Of a stretch of DNA of 64,000 bases, positions 10,158 through 19,005 are shown one piece after another (the first letter of the stretch is position 1; each line of letters begins with the position of its first letter). The stretch lies in the NCBI GenBank assembly GCA_963758295.1, contig CAVWUU010000001.1:384001-448000 (forward strand), given 5' to 3'. The notes beneath the pieces are model-generated. The model saw only the letters and a program-made list of their open reading frames with translations, did not search any database and was not told the origin of the DNA. Position numbers and translations under genes: made by a program. The stretch comes from Candidatus Eremiobacteria bacterium (GTDB taxonomy: Bacteria > Vulcanimicrobiota > Vulcanimicrobiia > Vulcanimicrobiales > Vulcanimicrobiaceae).

Positions 10158-10439
10158 ATGAATAAAAGATTCGCAAGTTTTGTCGTGCTCGGAGCTCTTG
10201 CGGCCACTGCCTCTATAGCGGCAGTTGACGCAAAGACCGCCGCACCGACATCATCTGCAACGGCCTGTCCAAGCTCGTCACCAATGGCCTCCACATCCAA
10301 CACGATGAGCGAAGACAGTACGAAAATGGAAAACTGCGCCTCGCCCTCACCCGGAGCGATGAGCAGCATGGCTCCCGGAGCAAAGGCAAGCCCCGGAACC
10401 ATGGGCAGCGCAGCGCCGACCTACACAGCTCGTCCCTAA
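10158..10439 (+). CDS. Small secreted Ser/Ala/Pro/Met-rich protein
   Basis: GGGAGG RBS; signal peptide MNKRFASFVVLGALAATASIAAVDA; low-complexity mature part with two Cys. Confidence 0.75.
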   Translation: MNKRFASFVVLGALAATASIAAVDAKTAAPTSSATACPSSSPMASTSNTMSEDSTKMENCASPSPGAMSSMAPGAKASPGTMGSAAPTYTARP

Positions 10440-10496
10440 ACTGTAACTCCGCAACGACCGGAGGTCGATGCACGCGCCGCCGCTAACGACAGGCGC

Positions 10497-12446
10497 GTGC
10501 ACGACGGGTCTTTCCGCCTCGCCGTTTTTTGCGGGCCATCGTTGCCTCAATGCGATCGTCTGGCCGACGACCGCGTAACGTATCTGCCGCCGGCATCGCG
10601 CGGCGACGTTCTTCGTGCCGCTAAAGACTACGACGCCGTCCTGCTTATCGACGGCCTCTTCCATCACGATCTCGCGCCTGCGCCGAAAGAATGTTACGAA
10701 TCGACGCTGCACGCCCGAATGTTCGGCGCATCGAGTATGGGCGCGCTGCGCGCGGCCGAATGCGCGCCATACGGTTTTGTGGCGCTTGGCGCTATTGCTG
10801 GTTGGTACGTTCGTGAATCGATCGATGGTGACGATGAAGTCGCGGTGTTAACGCATCCGCAGTCCGGCCGCGCGATCACCGTTCCCGTGGTGAACGTGCG
10901 GCACGTGGCGCGGCTAGCTCGGCGTCGCGGACTGCTTTCGCGTGCGGGCGAGGCGCAGTTCATCGCTAGCGCACGCGAGATTTACTACATGGACCGGAGT
11001 TGGGACGGCGTCATTGCATGCGCGCCTCCGTCGATTGCCAAGCAGTTACACGAACTCATTATGGAGTCAGGAGATCTAAAGCGCCTCGATGCGCGCTTTG
11101 CACTTCGGACGGTGATAAGAACGCTTCAGCGCACAAAAGACGCACGGATTCCATTCGTTACGAAGCGCCCTGCATGCGAATCGGCGCGCGAGTCCGGCGA
11201 AGTGCGACTGCCCTCGACTTCTCCGAAAGATCCCTCGACGTACGATCGCGCGACCAGCTATGCCAGCACGCTCGATCTTGCTCCGGAATTGCGGCGTCGT
11301 TTTGGAATCACTCGCATAGCGGATATAACGAACCTCGACCGGGTCGGCATCCCGGTCTATTCAACGCTCGTTCCGCGTTCGCCCGACATGCTCGGCGTCT
11401 ACAACGGGAAAGGGCTAACGCGCGACGCGTCCATCGCGAGCGCGATCATGGAGGCCGCAGAACGGCAGATCGCCGCCAACGTGCGCCTTCCGGCTTTCGA
11501 GGAAACGGTTGAAGCGGTTTCGCAGCACATCGATCTTCCCGAACTCGGAATGATTGACGTAGCGCCGTCAATGCCGGTACAGTGCGTTCGCGGGACGGAA
11601 TTGCTCTCGGGCGATTCGGTTGCGATTCCGCTTGCACTCGTCCAATGTCCGTGGTTCGGAGAGAAGCTCTTCGATGTCACCAGCACGAACGGGCTCGCGT
11701 CAGGCAACAATATAGCGGAAGCTGTTTATCATGCCTTGTGCGAATTGGTCGAGCGCCACGCCTGGGCGATGTATCACGTACGTTCGTCACTTGTTCCGCG
11801 GCTGTTCGGCGGAACGAACGCGATGGATCGCAGCGTCGCTCCGCAGCTAAAGCTGCCGACGGGCGACCGAGTCGTCGACGCGCTGATCGAAAAAATCGAA
11901 TCCGCCCGACTCGTGTTGCGAGCATTCTTGCTCGAAGAGGCGGAGCTGCCCTATACGGTATTCGTCTCGATTTTTGAGCCGGATCTCGAACCGCCGATGG
12001 TGCACATGGGCATGGGCTGTTCGCTTTCCCCCGCGCATGCGCTGGTACGGGCGCTGACCGAGGCCGTGCAGAGCCGTGCGATCGACATTCAGGGGGCGCG
12101 CGAAGACATGTTGCGTCCCGACGATCCACCGACAAATATGGGCGAACATAATCGACGCCGCAAAGAGTTACCAAAAGATCGTTGGTATTTCGACTTGCCG
12201 GCTCGAGAGATCGAGCTTTCGGGCTTCGTCGATCGTTCGAGCGATGACGTCGCACAAGATGTCCGCACGACGCTCGGCGCGCTCGCCGGTTACGGAATCC
12301 GAAAGATCTTTGCGGTCGAACTAGCGCCGGCGGATTTGTCCGTCAGCGTCGTGCGAGCGATCGTCCCGGGGTTGGAATCGTTTATGTACAGCGGGCGGCT
12401 CGGATCGCGAACTCGGGCGCTGCTCAACCCATTCGCGGTCGCCTGA
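10497..12446 (+). CDS. TfuA-YcaO fusion protein (putative thioamide synthetase)
   Basis: TfuA: VFCGPSL, PPASRGDV, LIDGLF, GASSMGALRAAE, DDEVAV, DLKRLDA. YcaO: GITRIADITNLDRVGIPV, NGKG, MEAAER, STNGLASG, ELVERHA, ALTEAVQSR, IQGARED, VRAIVPGLE. Confidence 0.92.
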   Translation: MHDGSFRLAVFCGPSLPQCDRLADDRVTYLPPASRGDVLRAAKDYDAVLLIDGLFHHDLAPAPKECYESTLHARMFGASSMGALRAAECAPYGFVALGAIAGWYVRESIDGDDEVAVLTHPQSGRAITVPVVNVRHVARLARRRGLLSRAGEAQFIASAREIYYMDRSWDGVIACAPPSIAKQLHELIMESGDLKRLDARFALRTVIRTLQRTKDARIPFVTKRPACESARESGEVRLPSTSPKDPSTYDRATSYASTLDLAPELRRRFGITRIADITNLDRVGIPVYSTLVPRSPDMLGVYNGKGLTRDASIASAIMEAAERQIAANVRLPAFEETVEAVSQHIDLPELGMIDVAPSMPVQCVRGTELLSGDSVAIPLALVQCPWFGEKLFDVTSTNGLASGNNIAEAVYHALCELVERHAWAMYHVRSSLVPRLFGGTNAMDRSVAPQLKLPTGDRVVDALIEKIESARLVLRAFLLEEAELPYTVFVSIFEPDLEPPMVHMGMGCSLSPAHALVRALTEAVQSRAIDIQGAREDMLRPDDPPTNMGEHNRRRKELPKDRWYFDLPAREIELSGFVDRSSDDVAQDVRTTLGALAGYGIRKIFAVELAPADLSVSVVRAIVPGLESFMYSGRLGSRTRALLNPFAVA

Positions 12447-13297
12447 TGGAAAACCAAGACGGGTTACTCGCGCGGGTTTTACGCGGTGATTCGGCCGAGC
12501 GGCACCACTGGGACGAATACTACCGGACATTCCATGCGATGCGGCCGCGCACGACGTCGACGTACGCGGGAAGGCTCCGAACCGAAGATGCTAAGAGTTC
12601 CTATGATGTTTTGGCGGATGCGCTTGCGCCGGTCCGGTCGGTCCTGGATATAGGATGCGGGGACGGGGTGCTGCTCGCCGCAATTCACGAACGCTTTCCG
12701 AGCGCAGTCCTTTCGGGCGTGGACCTCGGCGAAGTGGATCTCGAGTTTGCGAGAGAGCGTCTGCATAACGTGCCGATCGGGACGCTCGCCGTTGAAAATG
12801 CATTAGATCTTCCGTTTGGCGATGAGTCGTTCGATGCGGTCGTCTCTCACATGGTCTTCATGCTGATTCCGGAGTTGGACGACGTGTTGCGCCAGGCGAG
12901 ACGCGTCTTAAAAGAGGACGGGACCGTTGCGTTTGTCGTCGGCGATCCGGCAGCTACCGAAGGTCATATGCGCCGATTTTTTACCTCGGTCAACGAAGCG
13001 ATTCGTACGGAGCATCCAAAGTTCACTCCCCTCAATCCCGCCGATCCGCGAATCTTCGATACGAACGGCATCCGGGAAGCGATGGAGGGCCAGGGCTTCA
13101 CGAACGTCGCGCAAGTTCGGTTCAAATGCGCAGCGCAGCTCGATGCGGATAGCGTTTACGAACAACTCTTGCTACGCTACTACACAGGATCGCTCGGCGA
13201 ACTCGATCTCCAACGAATCAAGGACGTCGCCGGCGCTTTCGCATCGCCGTCGTTCCGCTACACCGAATCACTGCGTCTTGTGACCGCAAATCGTTAA
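12446..13297 (+). CDS. Class I SAM-dependent methyltransferase
   Basis: VLDIGCGDG motif I, GVDL, LPFGDESFDAVVS, RVLKEDG; ATG overlaps the TfuA-YcaO stop by 1 bp. Confidence 0.92.
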   Translation: MENQDGLLARVLRGDSAERHHWDEYYRTFHAMRPRTTSTYAGRLRTEDAKSSYDVLADALAPVRSVLDIGCGDGVLLAAIHERFPSAVLSGVDLGEVDLEFARERLHNVPIGTLAVENALDLPFGDESFDAVVSHMVFMLIPELDDVLRQARRVLKEDGTVAFVVGDPAATEGHMRRFFTSVNEAIRTEHPKFTPLNPADPRIFDTNGIREAMEGQGFTNVAQVRFKCAAQLDADSVYEQLLLRYYTGSLGELDLQRIKDVAGAFASPSFRYTESLRLVTANR

Positions 13298-13362
13298 AGC
13301 GGCCGCCTGTTTGTCCGATAGATTCCTAGAGCCGAACTAACTACTGCTTCAGCGAGGATTTC

Positions 13363-13641
13363 ATGGCGACAGTTCAACAGAAGGCGATTGCCGCCGGGTT
13401 TTTGCATGCATTGCAAGATCCCGCGGTGTTGGAAAAGTGGCAAGATGCCAAAGGCGATAGCATGAAGCTTCGCACGCTGATCAAAGACACGCTCGGGCTC
13501 TCGCAACTCCCCTCAGAGGCCGATCTGGATGCCATGCGCGGCCACGCCGAGGAAGCGCTTCAAGAAGAACACAAGACACTGCTCGAGCATCAAGAGCATG
13601 CGCCACACGTAGTCGGAAACGGATTTACCGTACAGCAGTAG
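13363..13641 (+). CDS. 92-aa protein, candidate RiPP precursor (Nif11-like leader)
   Basis: [26 protein letters not shown] and [11 protein letters not shown] resemble Nif11/NHLP leader motifs; directly follows the modifying enzymes. Confidence 0.65.
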   Translation: MATVQQKAIAAGFLHALQDPAVLEKWQDAKGDSMKLRTLIKDTLGLSQLPSEADLDAMRGHAEEALQEEHKTLLEHQEHAPHVVGNGFTVQQ

Positions 13642-16245
13642 ACTGGCTCAGAACCCAGGTCGCGATCTGAGTTCGTTTCGAAACGCCGAGCTTGTTGAAG
13701 ATGTTGGCGACGTGGCCTTCGATGGTACGTTCGCTCAAAACCAACTGCTCGGCGATTTCTTTATTGCTTCTTCCCTCCGAAATCAGATCCGCGATCTGAC
13801 GTTCGCGCGCCGTGAGCGAGCCGCCCGTTTTGCCATCGGCCAGCGTAGTTTGCGTTTGGAACCACGAGACGCCGCGCTCAGCGAGCCCTTTGGCGGCGTC
13901 GCGTTGTTCGGTGCCGCGCCCGCACGCGGCGAGCAACAAAAACCGTGCCAGCGTCATGCCCAAATACTCGCATTGCGTTGCGAGCGCTCCGATCGATCCC
14001 GAGAGCTGGCGGCCCAAGAAATGATTGGCGAGGGCACCCGTAACGCTGCGTTCCGCTGCGGAAAGGGGCTGCATGTCGGCCCAAAAGGCGGAACCGTCTG
14101 CCGCTCGAGCCAGAACGTCTTTTCGCTTCAGCCTTTGAGCTGCAAGTGCGATAGGCAGGCGCCACTGGAAAAGGTATGGGTCTTGCGAACTCGCCGCATA
14201 CGGAAGGGCGGCGTCGAGAAGCCGCGAGCTCGTTTGATCGTCCAGAAGTCCTGAAGCAGCCGACCATACCGCCATGTTATATAACACAGCCGATTTTTCG
14301 CCCGCGGCGAATCGCAGCGCTTCCGCCTCGATCGTCTTCCAATAAGAACCCGGCGATCCGCGCAGCGCATAGAGCGCCGCCGCACTGCCCAGAATACGTC
14401 CCCGCTCGGAGCCCTCCAGCGGCCGGCGCAACGAGTCTTCGATGCTAAGCGATGCCTCATCGAGACGCGCGCTCTGAATTTTTGAATGCAGAACGAACTG
14501 CGTGAGCTCCGGATTGCGCACGTCGTTCAATTGCATCCGGATGAAGCCGTTATCGCGCGTTCCGAACTGCATGTACCGAATGTAGGCGTCGACAACCACG
14601 GCATGATTGCTATTAGTCGAATGGAGGGACTTGGCGATCTCCGTTATGAGAGGTAGACGCTTGCGCGCCGCTTCATAATCGCCCGACCTGCTCTCGACGA
14701 ATGCTTGCGCAATCTCCGCTCGCATTCGGACCGGGGCCGGAAGCTCGATGTCCAGGTTCTCGATGTGTTGCAAAGTTCGCTGTAAGCCTTCAACGTCGTG
14801 TTCGCAAACGTTAAACCAAAGCGCTGCCCCGTGGAGCATCGATAAGTCAAGCGGATCGCTAAATACCGAAGCGTAGTGCCGATAGGTCAGTTTAGCCGAC
14901 TCATACCGGTCGCCAAAGAATTGTGACAAGACGAGTTGCGCCGCAAGTGCACCGAGATTCGGAAGCTTACGATATTGCGCTTCGCTTAGCGCATGAAGCA
15001 AGACGGTTTCCGCCCGGCGATCCATCGTCGAAAAGCTCAGCGCTTTTGCAAAATTTCCGTAGAACTCCAAAAAGGCGTCGTCCGGCGGCTCGCCAAGCTC
15101 CATGTGGCTTTCCGAGGCGGAAATAACCATGCGAAAAAGATTTTTTTCGTTAGCTTGCGATGAAAGCGCAAGATACGTTTCCTGCGCGAGTTTGCGGTCT
15201 CCGGCGGATAGCGCCTGTTCGGCTATTAGTAAGCGGTCTTCGACTCGCAATCGATCCGCTCGGGAAATCGCTTCGATGATCGGCGGTGCAGCGGGATCTT
15301 GATCGGAATCGTTTCCAGCACCGCTTCGCCCACAAGCGCGTGTCTGAAGCGTAGCGTCGCGCCTTCCTGAACGAGATACTGCGCGGCCGATTGCGCGATG
15401 TATTCGCCGAGTTCGGTGCTGTTCGTCCACAGGCGTGCCAACAGATCGTACTCGATCGGCTCGGGAAGGAGGGACACGATTTGAAGAAACGTGCGAAACC
15501 CGGAGCTTAGACCCTGGATACGACGAGCAATTAACGAACGCGTGCTTCTCTCAACGTCGCCCGCGTTGTGCGCATCGTTTTCGGCCGCTGCTTCGGCGAG
15601 CGCCGTGAGATCGAGCGGAACACCGCCCGAGTGCTCGATGATCCGGTCGATGACGGCCGTTTCCGCGTGCGGCAGCGATTGCTCGACGAGTTCTCTTGCG
15701 CGACGCGCATCCAGCGTGCCAAGACCGATCGTTTCGTCTACTGCCAGAGGGACGTCTGAAGCCATCTCGTCGCTTCGGCGCGCGAGAACGAGAAGGAGCG
15801 GCGAACTTGCAAACTGCGGAACGATAGCATCCAGCGCCGACAGCGTTTCTTCATCAGCCCACTGCGCGTCGTCCAATAGCAACGCGACCGGACGGTCAAG
15901 AAGAATGCCTTCGAGCGCTGTTGATAACGCAATTGCCGGATCGTGCCCTGCACCGTCCGCCGCGAAGTAGCGCGTTGAGTCCGGGCCCAAAGCGTTCGCG
16001 ATTTGCGAAAGCATGCGCGAAAGCGAGGCGTACGGAACGGTCGCCTGGATCCGAAAAGCGGCCGTGCCTACCACGAGCGCCCCTTGCTGTTGAAGCCGGC
16101 CGGCAAGCTCTGCCATAACAGCGCTCTTGCCGATGCCGCTCGGTCCCTCAACGAGCAAGACTCGGGGCACCGGCGTGGTAACGGCCGTTTTGAAAAGATC
16201 CAGGGCGGACGCGATTTCCCGTTCGCGGCCGATGAGGGAAGACAT
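13625..16245 (-). pseudogene. LAL-family (AAA ATPase + LuxR HTH) regulator split by a 1-bp deletion near 15281
   Basis: LIGREREI, GPSGIGKS, LLLDDAQWAD, FRHAL in ORF 15226..16245; [38 protein letters not shown] in ORF 13625..15430; joins as PLHRR|IIEAISR (about 873 aa). Confidence 0.85.
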
Positions 16246-16302
16246 GACCTCTCACGGTCCTGGTTGCCCGCCTGATTTTCCTTCTAATTTGACTTCATCA
16301 TA

Positions 16303-16349
16303 ACCAGGGGTTTCCACGGGCGACCCGGGGGTGTTTGCCCTGCTAGGCT
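16303..16349 (+). promoter_or_regulatory. Candidate LAL-binding box plus extended -10
   Basis: ACCAGGGGTTTCCACGGGC (16303-16321), 22 nt, then TAGGCT (16344-16349) preceded by TGC. Confidence 0.5.
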
Positions 16350-16370
16350 TAGCGCGTGGAGGAGCTTTCT

Positions 16371-16730
16371 ATGTATGCACCCGCGCTGACCCTGACCGGT
16401 TTTCCGGATCACCGCCCGAGGAGCACGCGCATGCGATCGTCCGTTCCGTACTGCTTCATCTTGGACGACACGTACCGGATCGTGATGGCCGGCCCGTCGG
16501 GCGGAGAAGACCCGCTTGCTCCCTACTACGCCTCCGACTCAGAACCCGATGTGTTACCCGGTCCCGTCGACCGCGTCGTACGCGCCCTCACGGCGGCCTG
16601 GCGTTCAACGAGAGCCGCTGCAAGCGCATCGGCATCGGTTAACGAGTTGCAGGTAACCGTGGCGCCCCTTCACGGAACCGACGGACGAAAGATCGCGGTT
16701 TTCGTGCAGCGATCCGACGAACAGAAGTAA
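16371..16730 (+). CDS. Hypothetical protein (small alpha/beta, PAS-like pattern)
   Basis: GGAGG RBS; CFILDDTYRIVMA...VTVAPLHGTDGRKIAVFVQ; divergent from the LAL gene. Confidence 0.7.
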   Translation: MYAPALTLTGFPDHRPRSTRMRSSVPYCFILDDTYRIVMAGPSGGEDPLAPYYASDSEPDVLPGPVDRVVRALTAAWRSTRAAASASASVNELQVTVAPLHGTDGRKIAVFVQRSDEQK

Positions 16731-16776
16731 GTAAAAAGGCGCAGGCGCGCGGGACGCGCCTGCCGCTCCAGCGTAC

Positions 16777-18720
16777 TTGCTGGCTGTGCGAATTGAATTA
16801 ACCGCCCGCGGCCTTCTGCTCGGCGGCCTTATTACGCTGGTTTTTACCGCAGCCAACGTTTATCTCGGCCTCAGGGTCGGCCTCACATTTGCATCTTCCA
16901 TCCCAGCCGCTGTCATTTCGATGGCGGTTCTTCGTATGTTCCGCAACTCGACGATTTGGGAAAACAACATCGTTCAGACGGTGGCGTCGGCGGCCGGGAC
17001 GCTCTCCTCGGTAATCTTCGTTCTGCCGGGTCTCGTGATGGTAGGCTGGTGGACGGGCTTTCCGTTCTGGGAATCGTTCGGCATTTGCGCCGTCGGCGGA
17101 ATTCTGGGCGTAATGTACAGCGTGCCGCTGCGTCGTGCGCTCGTAACGTATTCCGATCTGCCGTATCCGGAAGGCGTTGCAGCCGCCGAAGTATTGCGCG
17201 TCGGGGCGGGCGAGGGCGCGACCGAAGCGCAAGCCGAGAATCGCCTTGGGCTCATCGCGCTAGTTGTAAGTTCCGTCGCATCGGCGGCCGTGCAGCTCGG
17301 CGTTGCCTTTCGTTTGTTTGCCGCCGACCTCACGGCATTCTTCCGTGCGGGTAAATCCTCGACGGGTATCGATTTTTCGCTTTCGCTCGCGCTGATCGGC
17401 GCCGGCCACCTAATCGGGCTCACCGTTGGTATGGCAATATTCGCCGGGCTGATCATTGCGTGGGGAATCGCGATTCCGATTCTCACGGCGATGCATCCGA
17501 TGCCTGGGCCGGCAGCCGACGTGGCAAATTACGTTTGGTCGCATTACGTGCGATTCATCGGCGCGGGGGCGATCGGTATCTCGGCCATTTGGACGCTCGG
17601 CAAACTCGCTGCGCCGGTGTGGAACGGCGTCGCTTCCGCTATCGCGGCGTCCCGTCATCGCGCCCAAGTCGGCGCCGAAAGCCTGCCCATCACCGAGCAA
17701 GATTTGCCGATCGGGATCGTGGCGATGATTTCGACCGTCTGCCTGCTGCCGATCGTCATCCTGTTGTGGGCCTTTCTCTCGGGGACGGCGATCGTGGGCA
17801 TGGGGCCGGTGCTAATTATCGGTGCCGTGTTGTACATCGTGCTCGCCGGTTTTCTGGTTGCTGCCGCAACCGGCTATATGGCCGGACTTATCGGCTCTTC
17901 AAACAGTCCGGTTTCCGGCATGGCGATTCTCTCGGTAATCGGCGCGTCGTTGCTGTTGCTCGTGCTTTCGCATGGTGCGGATAAATCGTCGGCGCCCGCG
18001 CTCGTCGCCTATGCATTGTTTGTTACGGCGCTGTTGATCAACGTCGCAACCATTTCGAACGATAACTTGCAAGATTTGAAGACCGGCCAGCTCGTTGGAG
18101 CAACGCCATGGCGGCAGCAAGTCGCGCTGATGGTCGGCGTGATTTTTGGCGCAATCGTGATTCCGCCGGTCCTTGTTGTGCTCAACAAGGCCTACGGCTT
18201 CGGCGGTCCGCACGGGTTGCCGGCTCCGCAAGCGACGTTGATCTCCACGCTCGCCAAGGGCGTGATTCAGGGGCAGATCGACTGGAGTTTGATCGGGATC
18301 GGCGTGCTCGTCGGTATCGGGATCATCATCATCGATGAAGCGGGCCGCATCAGTGGACGTTTCCGTCTGCCGCCGCTGGCTGTCGGCCTGGGGATTTACT
18401 TGCCGACCAGCGCGACGGCCCCCGTGGTAGTCGGTGCGGTCTTCGGCAAGATTTACAACACTTGGGTCGCGACCAAACCGAACGGCGACGCAGCGCGCCG
18501 TCTCGGCGTGCTGGTCGCGTCGGGATTGATCGTCGGAGAAAGTGTTTTCGGCGTCTTCTTGGCCGGGCTTATCTACGTCTCGAATAAGCCGTCGCCGCTT
18601 GCGATCTTCGGCGATTCTTTTGCGGGCTGGGCGTTAGGCCTTGGAGCGATCGCGTTCGTCGCGATACCGTTTGCACTTTATCGCTGGATCGGCCGAAGCG
18701 CGCAAACGCTCGAAGCCTAA
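16777..18720 (+). CDS. OPT-family oligopeptide transporter
   Basis: FTAANVYLGLRVGLTFASSIPAAVISMA, ENNIVQT, LPYPEG, GSSNSPVSG, NDNLQDLKTG, APQATL. Confidence 0.95.
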   Translation: MLAVRIELTARGLLLGGLITLVFTAANVYLGLRVGLTFASSIPAAVISMAVLRMFRNSTIWENNIVQTVASAAGTLSSVIFVLPGLVMVGWWTGFPFWESFGICAVGGILGVMYSVPLRRALVTYSDLPYPEGVAAAEVLRVGAGEGATEAQAENRLGLIALVVSSVASAAVQLGVAFRLFAADLTAFFRAGKSSTGIDFSLSLALIGAGHLIGLTVGMAIFAGLIIAWGIAIPILTAMHPMPGPAADVANYVWSHYVRFIGAGAIGISAIWTLGKLAAPVWNGVASAIAASRHRAQVGAESLPITEQDLPIGIVAMISTVCLLPIVILLWAFLSGTAIVGMGPVLIIGAVLYIVLAGFLVAAATGYMAGLIGSSNSPVSGMAILSVIGASLLLLVLSHGADKSSAPALVAYALFVTALLINVATISNDNLQDLKTGQLVGATPWRQQVALMVGVIFGAIVIPPVLVVLNKAYGFGGPHGLPAPQATLISTLAKGVIQGQIDWSLIGIGVLVGIGIIIIDEAGRISGRFRLPPLAVGLGIYLPTSATAPVVVGAVFGKIYNTWVATKPNGDAARRLGVLVASGLIVGESVFGVFLAGLIYVSNKPSPLAIFGDSFAGWALGLGAIAFVAIPFALYRWIGRSAQTLEA

Positions 18721-18723
18721 ACG

Positions 18724-18930
18724 CTACGCCGTCTGAACGGGGCTGCGCTCGTCGCGCAGTCCCTGTTTCAACTGCGCCGCCAATTCCGGCGAATCGGCAT
18801 GGCCATGTGCGCCAACTGCGTGTTGTTTAGCCGCGGTCAAGACTTCATCTTCGGTTCCCGAGATATACAGCGAGCAATTCTTCTCGCTCGGGTAGTCACG
18901 GCAATCGATGTACTTGCGGTTCGTATCCAT
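18724..18930 (-). CDS. DUF1059-family small metal-binding protein
   Basis: RKYIDCRDYPSEKNCSLYISGTEDEVL.AA.QHAV..HGH. Confidence 0.8.
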   Translation of the reverse strand: MDTNRKYIDCRDYPSEKNCSLYISGTEDEVLTAAKQHAVGAHGHADSPELAAQLKQGLRDERSPVQTA

Positions 18931-19005
18931 CTGTGCTCTCACAAACTCGTCGCTCACACCGCGTAATTCACGATACGCCGCGCCGGCGGCCCCGTCAATG
19001 CGACC

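Noticed and set aside
10158..10439. Ser/Ala/Met-rich protein as the thioamitide precursor
   Set aside because: It has a classical Sec signal peptide rather than a RiPP leader; 13363..13641 fits better, though this one is not fully excluded
10460..10578. GGAGGT-CG-ATG out-of-frame ORF (MHAPPLTTGACTTGLSAS...) as an alternative precursor
   Set aside because: SD-ATG spacing is only 2 nt and the ORF overlaps the TfuA start; no leader features
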